DNA of 62,619 bases, the filler included, from Globobulimina sp. (Eukaryota): the NCBI GenBank assembly GCA_003354225.1. It is 18 parts of 18 records of this genome, joined end to end, with 100 filler letters (N's around TTAATTAATTAA, not from the genome) between each part and the next. Parts side by side here need not be neighbours in the genome. Positions count along the whole stretch, not along the records: positions 10,464 to 13,850 come from PIVH01002931.1; positions 13,951 to 17,336 come from PIVH01002932.1; positions 17,437 to 20,822 come from PIVH01002933.1; positions 20,923 to 24,308 come from PIVH01002934.1; 14 more parts are not named here. One strand, 5' to 3'. The notes beneath the pieces were generated by a model. That model saw only the letters and a list, made by a program, of their open reading frames with translations. It did no database searches and was not told the origin of the DNA. A program made the translations under genes and the position numbers. Of this stretch, positions 12,505 through 24,022 are shown one piece after another. How positions within the stretch are numbered: position 1 is the stretch's first letter; each line of letters begins with the position of its first letter.

Positions 12505-13797
12505 ATGGTGAATTACTGCAAAGCTACGAACGCTTGTTGTTGTTTAAAATATGTAATGTGTTTTCTCCAATTTATATTAACTTTGTTATACTTTGTAATT
12601 GAAAACGTTCTCACAATTATCACCTATACTTTATCATTATCATGTTTTTATTATAAATTACGCTGGAGACTATACACTAGTTTACAAATATTAGATTCAT
12701 CAAATCCCATACAACATAAAATAAAAACAAAAGCCCCACCGAAATCTGACACAAATGATAACAACACATTAAAAACAAGGTACAGCAATTCTGTTCCTGA
12801 AAATGATGCCGATGAAGAGAAAGGATATGAAATACAATATGATGATGAAGATACGACAGAAGCCAAAAACTACAAAACCATAAACATATTGACGCAAAAC
12901 TTATGGGTTCATTATTTAGCACCATCCCCTTGCAAAACACAACGGATTTCTGCATTTATTCGTTTTTTAAGAACAGCAGAAACGAGCTATGATATATTAA
13001 TCATTCAAGAAATATTTGCATTACGTTTTTTTGCGTGGGTCCGATGCAATGATTTAGAATATTTAGTATGTGAACTATATAAAATCGGTTACATTCATTG
13101 CACGAAACCATCGGGAAAGTTGCCATATTTTGGTCAGAATGGCGGCGTTCTGTTATTCTCAAAATATCCCTTAATATATGATGATATATTTACCTTTAAT
13201 AAATCGGATGAAATTATGCTCCGTAAAGGCTTTGCCATTGCAATCGCGAAGATACCTATTACGCCGTCACAATATTATCATATTTGTATTGGAACTTGTC
13301 ACTGCGATCCATATCGACCAAACGTTATCTTATCGCAAATACAGCACTTTTCAGAAGAGATTGCCTCTCAAAATAAGGAGCATGGATTTGATATTGTAGT
13401 TGGTGGAGATTTTAATACAAGGAATAAAGCACTAACCAAAGGATTAAAAGAGTATTTTGAAAATATTTTGAATATGTACAATGTGTGGAGCATTGAGATA
13501 AATGATGCGAATGAATGGAATAATGCCTTTGTAACCTATCGAGGTTCGTATCTCTCAAAATGTAGGGTGTGGCTCGCTATTTTAAGTTGTGGTTTGTATC
13601 GGTTACCGAGCTTGAATTTGAATGAGATGCGTGGACAGAGCAAACAATATAAGAATGGATATTGCTTAGACCATTTATTAACAAATATCGATAAAACAAT
13701 GGTTCAGAATATATCGGTGGTTGACACACGACATAAAAATGTATTTGTTTCCGACCATTTAGGCGTTCAACTTATTATCAGAGTGCCAATAAAATAA
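12505..13797 (+). CDS. Endonuclease/exonuclease/phosphatase family protein, neutral sphingomyelinase-like, with N-terminal TM segment
   Basis: Motifs ILTQNLW, DILIIQEIF, GGVLLFSKYP, KGF, VGGDFN, LDHLL and SDHLGV. Confidence 0.85.
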   Translation: MVNYCKATNACCCLKYVMCFLQFILTLLYFVIENVLTIITYTLSLSCFYYKLRWRLYTSLQILDSSNPIQHKIKTKAPPKSDTNDNNTLKTRYSNSVPENDADEEKGYEIQYDDEDTTEAKNYKTINILTQNLWVHYLAPSPCKTQRISAFIRFLRTAETSYDILIIQEIFALRFFAWVRCNDLEYLVCELYKIGYIHCTKPSGKLPYFGQNGGVLLFSKYPLIYDDIFTFNKSDEIMLRKGFAIAIAKIPITPSQYYHICIGTCHCDPYRPNVILSQIQHFSEEIASQNKEHGFDIVVGGDFNTRNKALTKGLKEYFENILNMYNVWSIEINDANEWNNAFVTYRGSYLSKCRVWLAILSCGLYRLPSLNLNEMRGQSKQYKNGYCLDHLLTNIDKTMVQNISVVDTRHKNVFVSDHLGVQLIIRVPIK

Positions 13798-14340
13798 ATT
13801 GATTTGAATTTATGTAAGTAAACTTTACGTATATTAATATTTATATTCTTNNNNNNNNNNNNNNNNNNNNNNNNNNNNNNNNNNNNNNNNNNNNTTAATT
13901 AATTAANNNNNNNNNNNNNNNNNNNNNNNNNNNNNNNNNNNNNNNNNNNNTAGAAACACGTTACACAGTCAAGATACCAACTGAATATGGGTACAATATT
14001 TTTCCCAAAAAAAGACCCTACAGTGAAATAATATGATCATGTACATATTTATAATTTCAGAGATATTGATTTGTTTCATGGGACATAAAAAATAACAAAA
14101 CACAAAACAAAACAAAACAGATAAAATAGATCCTGAATGCAATAGATCCATAATATAACATTAAAATAACTTTTTGAATATATCGTTAAGTTTTTAAAGC
14201 CCTTTGCAGTTTGCACCTATAGGCTGCAATGCCGGCCGCTCGCTGCATCATTTTCAGTTATACTTTTATATGCAGAAACGAGCCAAGACAGGATTTGAGA
14301 ACTCTCAGTGGCACAATTAACATATATAATTAAATGTTTA

Positions 14341-15102
14341 TTAGTGAGAAAATTTAAACTTAGGAAACCAAAATCCAGTTTTTTCCATGTATTCCTTATA
14401 CATATCTCCATATTTAAGTAACAAATCTTTTTCTTCCACTTTACACCACCAATACCAAACTGGCATATAAATCACTGTTGAAAATATAAACATTGCGGGA
14501 GAATCCAAATACAATGCTGTAACCCAATAAAATGGAAACTCGCCAACAGCCTGAGGATGCCGAATATAATCATATATGCCGCCATACATTTTAGTATCCT
14601 TTGACGGTCTCAACGACTCAGATCCTGCATTGTATAATCCCCAAAGCTCAATGATAATGCTCGGAATCGCAATTAACAATGATAACATATTTCGCCTTTC
14701 TTTTGAAAATGAAAATGTTGAAGGAATTCCAAATGACGTTTCCATTCTTTTTAAACGATTGGATGGATATTTCCAAAAATGATAAAATGACATAAACATC
14801 ATCGCAAACGATGTGTGTCGAATCCATGTGGCATATTTAAATGATAACTTCTCTCCATAATGTTTCTTAAATTGAACAGGTGAAACTGATCTTGCCTGCA
14901 ATTAAATGCATGGTCAAACATATGAATGATATGATAGCAATTGCAGAAAATATAGAAAAATATATATAAATAAACTGACATATAAATATGCAAATAAAAC
15001 CGAAGATGACACCAAACATGAAAAATTAATATACGCCATCCTTTGAGTATTCTGTGGCGTTTTATATCTATGAATCCAATCTGCTTTTTGTAACAACCGC
15101 AT
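14341..15102 (-). CDS. Isoprenylcysteine carboxyl methyltransferase / PEMT-like membrane methyltransferase (intron 14896-14979)
   Basis: 'GGIYDYIRHPQ', 'EEKDLLLKYGDMYKEYMEKTGFWFP' and several TM helices. Confidence 0.85.
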
Positions 15103-15212
15103 CATTCAGTTTTAGCTGATGTTGAGTTGAAAAGTTTTTATGTTTTGCTTTGTTACACTGACTGTCGGATACGGAAAAAAAATACAATTAATCATAAAAC
15201 GCACATATGCCA

Positions 15213-17280
15213 TTAAACATTATATATAACATCATCATCAAATATATCATCATTGATTAGTTGCTCAATTTTTTGCATCATTTTCCTTCTCACTCTCATC
15301 CTATTCATTGTTACATATTCCATTGCAATTAAGGCGTGTTTCTTATTTTTATTATTTTCTTTTGCATCAAACATTGAATCAAAAAACAATGTAACTATCC
15401 ATTTGCGGTTCTTCCTTGACTTTGTGATCGCTTTTGCAATTTTCTCATGCGGACACAATGCCGATTTAATAGTTAAGCGTATAATGCGCGGATCATATTT
15501 ATCCATCATACACTCGACGTTATGTATCGGCACTGCCAGATCTATGACACAGAAGCCTTTGCTATTTGATATGCGATTAAATAATAACAGCCAGTTCGCT
15601 TCGCGCGTACTGAACAATACACGTTCTCGCGAACCGTCATCGTATAATATCAATGTATTCAAACATCCGCTGGCTAGCCGCAATAATGGTACTTGTAAAC
15701 GGTTGTAATATTTGCGATCTCTCCTTGCAATAAATGGCAAATTCAATGCGGTGCCTAACAATTCTCGCTTTATTTGGGAAAAATATAGAAAATGTTTTAT
15801 TGATTCACGAATTAAATCCAATTTGTTTCTTAAGGTAGTGAGTGGTGCATGACATTGGTACATCAAATGAGATCGATATGTGTCACACATCTTTTTCAGA
15901 AACGCCATTTATTATAAAACGTTTCTCAAAAAGATGTATAATGTCAGACCAAAACTACCTCAGTTGCTGTGTGTAATTATTTTGCTCTCTCTTTTGGTCA
16001 GCACCATATGCATCGATATCGCCATCGGGCACGGAGAGTAATATGCGATTAGGATTTGATAGTAATGCCGCAATTTCTTTTTCTTTTCCTTCCTGTTGAA
16101 TGAGCCATTGCTGCTCAAAAGTATCCAATAAATAGGTTTTCATGGATTCGTCGTTACATACAAACATCATACAATATTGCGATAAATCATTGGTAACACA
16201 CTGCCATATCTTCTGCAACAAATCCTTGTTTTTAGCACTTAGATTGTCCCCAAAATCAATCAATAACTGAATCAATATACGCATTGTGAAGACCTTTAAA
16301 GTGGCATATTGTTCACTTAATATATTGATAATACATTGGATAAAAGTGGATGCAAACAATTCTTTTTGAATTGATAAGGAATCATCTCTGATGGCAATGA
16401 ATATAAAGGAGGCAATGCATGCAATCAATTGTTGATTTGGATCGGTAAACAATATATTTATTATATTATAACGATTTATGTCTTGTGGTAATACATTTTG
16501 GTCATTGATAATATCAATCTTTGTAATTGATAATATTTCTGATCTTTTTATCTTGTCATTTTCATCATTATTTAATATATGTTGCATTGTTTCTGATCGG
16601 TTCTGCATTGAATTGGATTGTTTCTGATTGTTTACAATCTTATTTTCAATTTTTGTAAATGATAGCAAATAATGAATGGGTATTTTCGTTTCAATCGCAT
16701 GTTTTGGTGGCGATGATATGATTTCATTCACAAATTGCGGCGGATGCGGATATATTACACTTACAATTATGGCATGTTTTAATTGTTTGTCTCCGAAAAT
16801 GACTAAAATTTGTGTCAGTAAAAAAATTGCCAGATGTTTACTGATTTTATTGTGCGAATTGTCGCATTTTTCATCATCATTATTGATGGACAAACTGCCA
16901 ACAAAAACAGGTAAAATTAAATGTGCAAAGAATTGATTTATTAATTTATGAGATAACAAATGTATATTAAATGATAATATGTCTTGTAAATAATAATAAT
17001 AATCGATATGTGCACGGACTTTATTTCCCAAGTTTGAAATGCGAGAAGTTATCAATTTATTGAGTTGAATGCAGTCGTTTTTAATGAATAATATTAAGTT
17101 TAAAAAGTATGATAAAGCCGATTGATGCAAAATAAATTGTTTTAATTCATTACATTTGGTACATACTTTGAATATATTTAAAATTATTTGCATTACTTTT
17201 GTACGAACCGTTTGGTTTTCGTTTGAGAACAATTTTAAGGCTGAAACATATAGCGGAAAATCATTAGTTTTGGAGTTGAA
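15213..17280 (-). CDS. CLEC16A/TT9-like FPL-domain protein (multi-exon, 5'-partial)
   Basis: 'FPLYVSALKLFSNENQTVRTKVMQIILNIFKV' matches the FPL motif. The ORFs 15955-17232 and 15213-15908 are separated by a short intron. Confidence 0.7.
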
Positions 17281-17436
17281 AAAAAAAATGGATCACATTC
17301 TCATCTATAGCTAATTTGGAGGATATTTGGCGTAGCNNNNNNNNNNNNNNNNNNNNNNNNNNNNNNNNNNNNNNNNNNNNTTAATTAATTAANNNNNNNN
17401 NNNNNNNNNNNNNNNNNNNNNNNNNNNNNNNNNNNN

Positions 17437-17555
17437 TTTCGGATAATATACCAAACGACTGGGCTTCAGCGGGAACTAGCCGTGAATGAAGCCACCTCTA
17501 TCTCCTATCCCAGCGCCCTCTGCGCTATAAAAAACCGTCTCGGCTGCATGGCGCC
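17437..17555. repeat. 119-bp terminal direct repeat, copy 1 (identical to 20704-20822)
   Basis: tttcggataatatacc…ggctgcatggcgcc is present at both contig ends. Confidence 0.97.
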
Positions 17556-17727
17556 TACGCGATACATTAAGCATGAGAATCCGCCGACCGGATACAGTAC
17601 ACCTCACCCCAAACACACAAAGAACCGAATTGCTATAATTACAATTATTTACTTACGCCAGCGACCGTAAATAATCTCATTTATAACATACGTTTATTTA
17701 TGTAGTACACGGATATAGTATGAAAGG

Positions 17728-19926
17728 TTAAAGAGCGGGATTGTCAGAGAAAGCAAGTCGGACAGCTAAAAGTGCACCAGTAAAATTAGTAGGAGACAAA
17801 ACACTGTTGTATTGAGAACCTGGCAACAAGTAAGGGGCCCCTGGAGAAAAGAACTGAAATTCTCGCACAAATGGAGCCGGTCTACCAGAATCTGGAAAAA
17901 TAAGGGGCCAAAAGGGTGCTGATGACCAGGCTGGGACAACGAGAGTACCGTCTGCGTGACATGTAGCCATATGTCGTAAAACTTTTGAGACCAAGGAAGG
18001 TGGGGGAACAACCCAATTAATGTCAGATGGATCCCAAGGAAAACTAAGGGCATCTACACCGGAGGTGCCTGGATTCCAATATCTGGAATTAAATTTTTTC
18101 AGTTTCGTATTATGTGCATTGGCAAAACGGTCTACTGTGTGTGGACCCCACATGTTGTCCAAAAAAGAAAAGAATGCAGGCGTAACAGCCCAATCATCAT
18201 AGTCAAATATGCGACTCAGTGCATCAGCTTTATCATTTTCTGTGCGGGGTATCCATTGCACTCTAAGATCTATATGAGCACGACTACAAGTATGATAAAT
18301 AGAAAGGGCTAGAGCATTAAGGGGAGGCCGCATACTGCCCTTGGAGACAATAGATTCGACTGCTTGGTTATCAGTAAACCATTTCACACAGAGACCCGAT
18401 AGTTGAGATTCCAAAGAAAGTAAGCCATAATCGAGCATCTTAAGCTCTCGCCAAGTAGAAGAAAGTTTTACTTCATCAGCAGTCCACATTTTATGTGCCA
18501 CCACAGTAGTATTTTCAATGTAAACTGCACCACCTGTGCAACTCGCATCAGAGTAAACTAAACTGTGAGGAAAGAATGCTCTAAGAATAGGAGAATTTGC
18601 CAGAGACAGCAAATTGTCTCGCCAAAAACGCAATTCGAACTGAACTCTAGCAGAAATTTCAATGAAAGAATCCCAACGATGGGTATCAAAAACAGAGGCT
18701 ATACTTTCATATATATTTTTCGTCATAAGTAAGGTAACAGAACCTAGCGCCATTCGCAGGCAAACAATGCGCCCAGCAGCGCGTGCTAACTGTCTAGCAG
18801 TGGCCGCCGAACGACCCAACAGAAACAACACATCAGCTTTGGCCTTCAGCCGTTTTTCTTCCGGAGCTGCGATCTCAAATCGCGACAAGTCTATATCTAG
18901 ACCAAGCCAACGCAACTGTTGCGTAGGAGCCCAATGGCTCTTTTCCTCATTAACAGAGAAGCCACAAGCAGCCAGATCATGCCGCACACGGCGAACATGG
19001 CTAATCAGCACATCACGCGTGCTAGCAGTTATCAAACCATCATCTAGATATAAAACAATACGAATACCTAGACCTCTCCAGGTTTTGACCAGTGGTTTTA
19101 ACAATTTAGTAAACATATAAGGCGCCGGGGCCAAACCAAAAGGTAAAACAGTAAAACAGAAATAGCGTGTCACACCCTGAAAAACCCAACTGAATCCTAA
19201 ATAAGTCTGGTGGGGCCCAAAAATATCCCAATGATAATAACCTTGCGTCAAATCGAAATTAGCTAGAAAGCCACCTGGCTCAAAATAAGAAAGAGCAGTA
19301 GAAATATCTTCAAGTTTAAACTTTTCTTTCCACAAATGTGAATTAACATAACGCAAGTCAAGTATTAACCGGAGCTTACCATTTGCTTGGGTCGCAACAG
19401 AAAGAGGACTAACAACATGGGGTGATGTGGGCAACTCATCTACACAACCGTTTTTTAATAATTTAAGAATAGCCGTAGATACAAAGTCAGCATGTTGAGA
19501 AGCAGAAAGATTATTTTTAAACTGAGCTGCAGGTGGCGTGTGATAAAAAGGCAATTTGTATCCATGCTCAATGACAGAAAGAATATCGGCAGGGGCTTTA
19601 ACATAATTTTGCCAAAAACTTGCACAAGCTTTAACAGACCCTTTAATATTAGAACTGTCTAAACTCGAGAGCTCGCCTCTCAGTACATAACTAAGACTGG
19701 GATAATCAGGCACCGAGCCAGATACTGCCTCAGAGGCTAACTGGGCTTTAAGAACCCTTTGAGATGGCGAAACACTTTTAGACTTACATTTTTGTACAGA
19801 AGCTTGCACATTATTAGGTGGACGTTTAAGTATGAGCTTGGGTTGAAGGACCCGGGAACTGGAAGCTTTTGCCAGGGCAGTCTTCCCGGAAATGTCCTTT
19901 GTTTCCGCAACCGAAACAGGTGTCAT
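17728..19926 (-). CDS. DIRS-type pol: reverse transcriptase, RNase H and C-terminal N6-adenine methyltransferase-like domain
   Basis: RT: RLILDLRYVN, DLTQGYYH, LPFGLAPAPYMFTK, YLDDG. RNase H: YSDASCTGG, SSTWREL, WFTDNQAV, WIPRTENDKADALSR. MT-like: WGPHTVDRFA…FNSRYWNPGTSGVDA…W…NWVVPP. Confidence 0.95.
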   Translation of the reverse strand: MTPVSVAETKDISGKTALAKASSSRVLQPKLILKRPPNNVQASVQKCKSKSVSPSQRVLKAQLASEAVSGSVPDYPSLSYVLRGELSSLDSSNIKGSVKACASFWQNYVKAPADILSVIEHGYKLPFYHTPPAAQFKNNLSASQHADFVSTAILKLLKNGCVDELPTSPHVVSPLSVATQANGKLRLILDLRYVNSHLWKEKFKLEDISTALSYFEPGGFLANFDLTQGYYHWDIFGPHQTYLGFSWVFQGVTRYFCFTVLPFGLAPAPYMFTKLLKPLVKTWRGLGIRIVLYLDDGLITASTRDVLISHVRRVRHDLAACGFSVNEEKSHWAPTQQLRWLGLDIDLSRFEIAAPEEKRLKAKADVLFLLGRSAATARQLARAAGRIVCLRMALGSVTLLMTKNIYESIASVFDTHRWDSFIEISARVQFELRFWRDNLLSLANSPILRAFFPHSLVYSDASCTGGAVYIENTTVVAHKMWTADEVKLSSTWRELKMLDYGLLSLESQLSGLCVKWFTDNQAVESIVSKGSMRPPLNALALSIYHTCSRAHIDLRVQWIPRTENDKADALSRIFDYDDWAVTPAFFSFLDNMWGPHTVDRFANAHNTKLKKFNSRYWNPGTSGVDALSFPWDPSDINWVVPPPSLVSKVLRHMATCHADGTLVVPAWSSAPFWPLIFPDSGRPAPFVREFQFFSPGAPYLLPGSQYNSVLSPTNFTGALLAVRLAFSDNPAL

Positions 19927-20659
19927 TTGGGGTTGCTCGGCGACGGACCTTAGGAGGGGCGCCGCCTCCTTGACGAAAGGGCGGACGGTATGCTGATGCA
20001 GATGTACTGGATGTCATGGCACGGTCAGAGCCAAAAGCGTGATTGAAAGAGCGTTTTCGTTTGCTCTCCTGTTGTTTTCGTAAAGCACGCATTTCAGCAG
20101 CTCGCAATTGCTTGCCATCTTCTTCATCCTGAGCCAACTCATCGCGAACATATTCCTCCACAGTGGACCAGCCTGCAGGTGAACGGTCAGCAATACGAAT
20201 TAATTTCTGTCTTTCTTCAACTAATTTGGCAGCCGACTTAAGAGCTTCCTCGCCCTTGACTTGATTTGCTGGATCTGTGTCATTCAATAAAGTTTGAGCT
20301 TTCATGATTTGGTCGTAAATCTTTTCATTTACTTCATATTGCTTTTGGTTTCCTTTTTTCGCAAATGTAATATCACTAGAAGCACGAAAGGAACGAACTG
20401 GAGCTGCAACTTTATCGGCAGTTAATTGGCTACGGATACGGTCCATATGTTGAGAAAGGGCAGCATCAAGAAATGTCATCAATCTACGGGAATCGACAGG
20501 ATCGGATGCCGATTGAGAAACTGGCTGTTGTTTGCCGTCTCCAGACGAAAAAGCTGGATTGAAATGAATGGAAGTAGAAGGCTGTCCTTCATTAGTAGGT
20601 TGAACGTCGCCCAAAATTGCTTCTTCATTGAGATCATTAGTATCACTTTCGTTTGACAT
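19826..20659 (-). CDS. Gag-like ORF1 with CCHC zinc knuckle; overlaps pol by 101 nt
   Basis: 'RQKLIRIADRSPAGWSTVEEY…LAQDEED.K.LR.AE' and CFGCGNKGHFREDC. Confidence 0.9.
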   Translation of the reverse strand: MSNESDTNDLNEEAILGDVQPTNEGQPSTSIHFNPAFSSGDGKQQPVSQSASDPVDSRRLMTFLDAALSQHMDRIRSQLTADKVAAPVRSFRASSDITFAKKGNQKQYEVNEKIYDQIMKAQTLLNDTDPANQVKGEEALKSAAKLVEERQKLIRIADRSPAGWSTVEEYVRDELAQDEEDGKQLRAAEMRALRKQQESKRKRSFNHAFGSDRAMTSSTSASAYRPPFRQGGGAPPKVRRRATPNDTCFGCGNKGHFREDCPGKSFQFPGPSTQAHT

Positions 20660-20703
20660 AGTAAAAATGCTAACAATTAAAAGAAACAGACGATTCGAAC
20701 AAA

Positions 20704-20822
20704 TTTCGGATAATATACCAAACGACTGGGCTTCAGCGGGAACTAGCCGTGAATGAAGCCACCTCTATCTCCTATCCCAGCGCCCTCTGCGCTATAAAAA
20801 ACCGTCTCGGCTGCATGGCGCC
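20704..20822. repeat. 119-bp terminal direct repeat, copy 2
   Basis: Identical to 17437-17555. Confidence 0.97.
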
Positions 20823-20922
20823 NNNNNNNNNNNNNNNNNNNNNNNNNNNNNNNNNNNNNNNNNNNNTTAATTAATTAANNNNNNNNNNNNNNNNNNNNNN
20901 NNNNNNNNNNNNNNNNNNNNNN

Positions 20923-21697
20923 CTATGAGAGTAACTCAATGGATTTGCGTTAACGTTGTGAACCGTGCCAAAAGATGATGGCTCGTTAGTTATTACAGAC
21001 TTGGACAGTACTTCAGTAGTAATCTTATTGTTTTTTTGTTTTTTGATGCTTTGATAATGACAGAACCAATTCACCGCCGACGATGCAATGACAACAATGC
21101 AACACATACATAGTAATATAATAAAAGCCGTTGGGTTTGCTGTTTTTTTTGTTATTATCCGATATGAATAATATTAAAAGAAACCTATTACAAACCTGTT
21201 ACATTAGATATGATCCATGAAGTTTCTGTCTGTGGTATTTTATGAATGACAGTTGATGAATATGATAAATTTACGCAGCTATTAAATCCATCGCATTTTA
21301 ATCGACAATCTCCCGTTCCACATATTATATCCATGCTATTTGTACATGAACTTTCTGAATAACAAATGACAGTGACATCGGTTGCATTATTTGCGTTGAT
21401 TATTGTATTAGAACAAGATTCCTTTCCATGGCATCTAATTTCACATAAATCACCATTTCTGCAATTTAATATCCTTTCTTTACAGATATTTGCCGCTCCA
21501 CAGCTGAATGTATGTATATTAATTATTAGAATGTACTATATTATTTAGAAAACATACTCCAATATACAACTTTCTCCCGATGTTAATGTTGAAGGACAAT
21601 AACAACTTGCATTGTTGCAATTTACTAACTGTCCATTTATGTTACTAATGATAGTTGAAAGCAAAATAAAGCATTTCAGCAGTGCATGAAGTGCCAT
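20923..21697 (-). CDS. Cys-rich secreted or single-pass membrane protein (multi-exon, 3'-partial)
   Basis: Signal peptide MALHALLKCFILL…, an exon with C-x5-C repeats (about 21200-21505), then a TM segment. Confidence 0.55.
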
Positions 21698-21878
21698 TGT
21701 TAAAACTAACTGTGAGAAAATGTTACTCTGACAGTACAAAAATCTTTTCGAATAATCACTGGATTTGGTTGAATGGAAAGCCTAAACCCATGGCCCAGTA
21801 ACTAATTAATCTAATTTTATATGCTTGGTAGTACATTGTAACACAAAAACAAGTTGAAGTTATACAAATATTATGTAT

Positions 21879-23478
21879 TTACAACTCTTGTTTATCATTA
21901 TGATCCTCAACATGTTTATTTTTCGGTGGATAATAAAGCGGCGCCTTTGTATATCTAACATTTTGCGTATGTCTATTAACATTACTCCTTGCATTTGTAT
22001 CATGTTTGGCTTTGGCCCAGGTTCCATCCGCAGGCACAAAATGACAAAACGCGCCAACATGCACCAAATCATCACCAGGTAAAGGATATGGACGGCCATG
22101 TACAAATTTAGCCGATTCATACAATACAATAGTTCCAGGTTCGTGCGAATATCGAACATTATTTCCTTTCCAATCAATTCCTTCCAATGGCCATGTCCCT
22201 TTATATTCATCCGGCCATGAATCCAAAAATGAAGCATCAAACGACTCTGTCTCATTTTTACGAATATGTAATATGGAGGAGGTCGCAGATATAACCAACA
22301 CATCAATCCTATCGATGTGATTTCGTAACCATGAGCCTGAATAATATTCGCGTTCGCCATAATGTGAGGTCAATTGCAGTGGAAAACCAACCCATTCTTC
22401 CAATAAAGGTTGAATATATTGAGTAGCAATGCGATCTCGTAACCGATAGTCCTTATCTAATGAGGTCATATATGGTGCTACTTCATGCCCATTCACTTGT
22501 GTTTGTCCATTTGAGTTCCAATTTTCATCCTGTTTCGTGTTACGATGTCGAATATAAAAATTTACATATTCCCGGAGTAATCCTTCCGGCATTTTGACTG
22601 CTTTGAATCCGGACTCTGAGAAGGCTGGCAATGAGGCCGCAGCCCAATTATTCCTTTATGTATGTTGTTTAATCACTAAAAATGCACCAAAAACGAATTT
22701 CGTACATCTGCATAATAACACACCTTAATTGAGTTCTTGTCGTTGTCTGATCCCTAGCTTTGATCCAATTTTCTTGTTCCTTTAACGAACCAAATGAATG
22801 CCCAGGACGTGACCCGCCAACTTGCGGCAATGTTGTATTATATGTAATTAAATCATTCACCCAATTCATCCAATTATCAGATCCATCAAACTCGCCATCA
22901 TATATAATCCAATCAGAACATTGTTCAGTAAAATCATCACAGCCTAAATACTGCACATTTTCAAATGTTTCTCGAACACACCAATCTGTTCTGCCACTAC
23001 ATTTTGATGGCACCCATACCAATGATGGACATGAGGTCACACCAAATCTTTGCACTAAATCACGTTCAGGTATCCATTTGTACCATGTTCGTAGTGGAGC
23101 AGCATTGATGTCATATTTAGCAGCATATAGAAAGCCTCGTGATGGTAATTTGTATTGTACCGAATCAATATAATCCATTGAATTATATTTTGATAAACAT
23201 TCATTGTCAGTTGGATCATAAAATAATACAATGGCTGGCGGTCTCATTTTATCGGGTGTATCTTGTAAGATATTATCAAAATGTTCACCATTCATTAAAT
23301 CCATTACGCGGCCACCAATATATAATGGTGAGGTTAATTTGGAATAATCGTCGGATCTGAATGAAGATAATGGCTCATGTTGGATGTATTGTGTTGATTC
23401 ACCAACTAATGCTCCATTTGTTAATAATGGAAATATAACGTATGATAAAAAACAGATCATATCTGTTATGTAAACCAC
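21879..23478 (-). CDS. Secreted protein with thioredoxin-like N-terminal region and C-terminal 2OG-Fe(II) oxygenase (prolyl-hydroxylase-like) domain (intron 22654-22723)
   Basis: 'YGEREYYSGSWLRNHIDR…VISA' (HxD), 'EPGTIVLYESAKFVHGRPYPL', 'RFGVTSCPSLVWV' and a C-terminal KQEL. The intron joins the two ORFs in frame. Confidence 0.7.
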
Positions 23479-23518
23479 GCAAGTTTTTTTTTGTTTTGAA
23501 GCAAGCTAGTCTTTGATC

Positions 23519-24022
23519 ATGTCACTTTTGTTTAGCTTTTCTGTGGTAATATGCGTTTATATTTCAATAGTAAAATCAACAGTTGATATGTATGCCGAAT
23601 ATTACCCCTGTAAACCACCGACGCAATCAACATTAATTCATGGAATACCACCAACAGTAAGTAATGAATTGTCAATGAGTATTAATGACATGACATTGTC
23701 AGATTTTAATATAAATTCTGGATACCAACAAAATACAACATATGAAATTAAAATTGAAGCATATGGAAATCAAATGTATTATATTTGGGCATACAACGGT
23801 ACAGTTAATGGGGCAAAAGACATTCAATGTGACGGCAAGAATTTATTGGAATATTTTGTGAAAGATCTTATTTTTAATTGGAAAGCTCCAAAACAAACAA
23901 CGCAAAATAAGGATTGTGAAATATTAATTATGTACACCACGCACCACACGGCCTTAAATCTCCAATCATTTACCATCGAACCATCAATCAAACATAATTA
24001 TGATCATTACTATGAATTATAA
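23519..24022 (+). CDS. Small secreted protein, possibly Reeler-like
   Basis: Signal peptide, 'C.PP…HG' and 'FNWKAP' motifs. Confidence 0.4.
   Translation: MSLLFSFSVVICVYISIVKSTVDMYAEYYPCKPPTQSTLIHGIPPTVSNELSMSINDMTLSDFNINSGYQQNTTYEIKIEAYGNQMYYIWAYNGTVNGAKDIQCDGKNLLEYFVKDLIFNWKAPKQTTQNKDCEILIMYTTHHTALNLQSFTIEPSIKHNYDHYYEL

Larger units (their letters stand above)
17437..20822 (-). mobile_element. DIRS-order (PAT/Ngaro-like) retrotransposon unit with gag and pol, no tyrosine recombinase, and identical 119-bp contig ends
   Basis: Overlapping gag and pol ORFs, higher GC than neighbouring contigs, and a terminal direct repeat. Confidence 0.9.
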
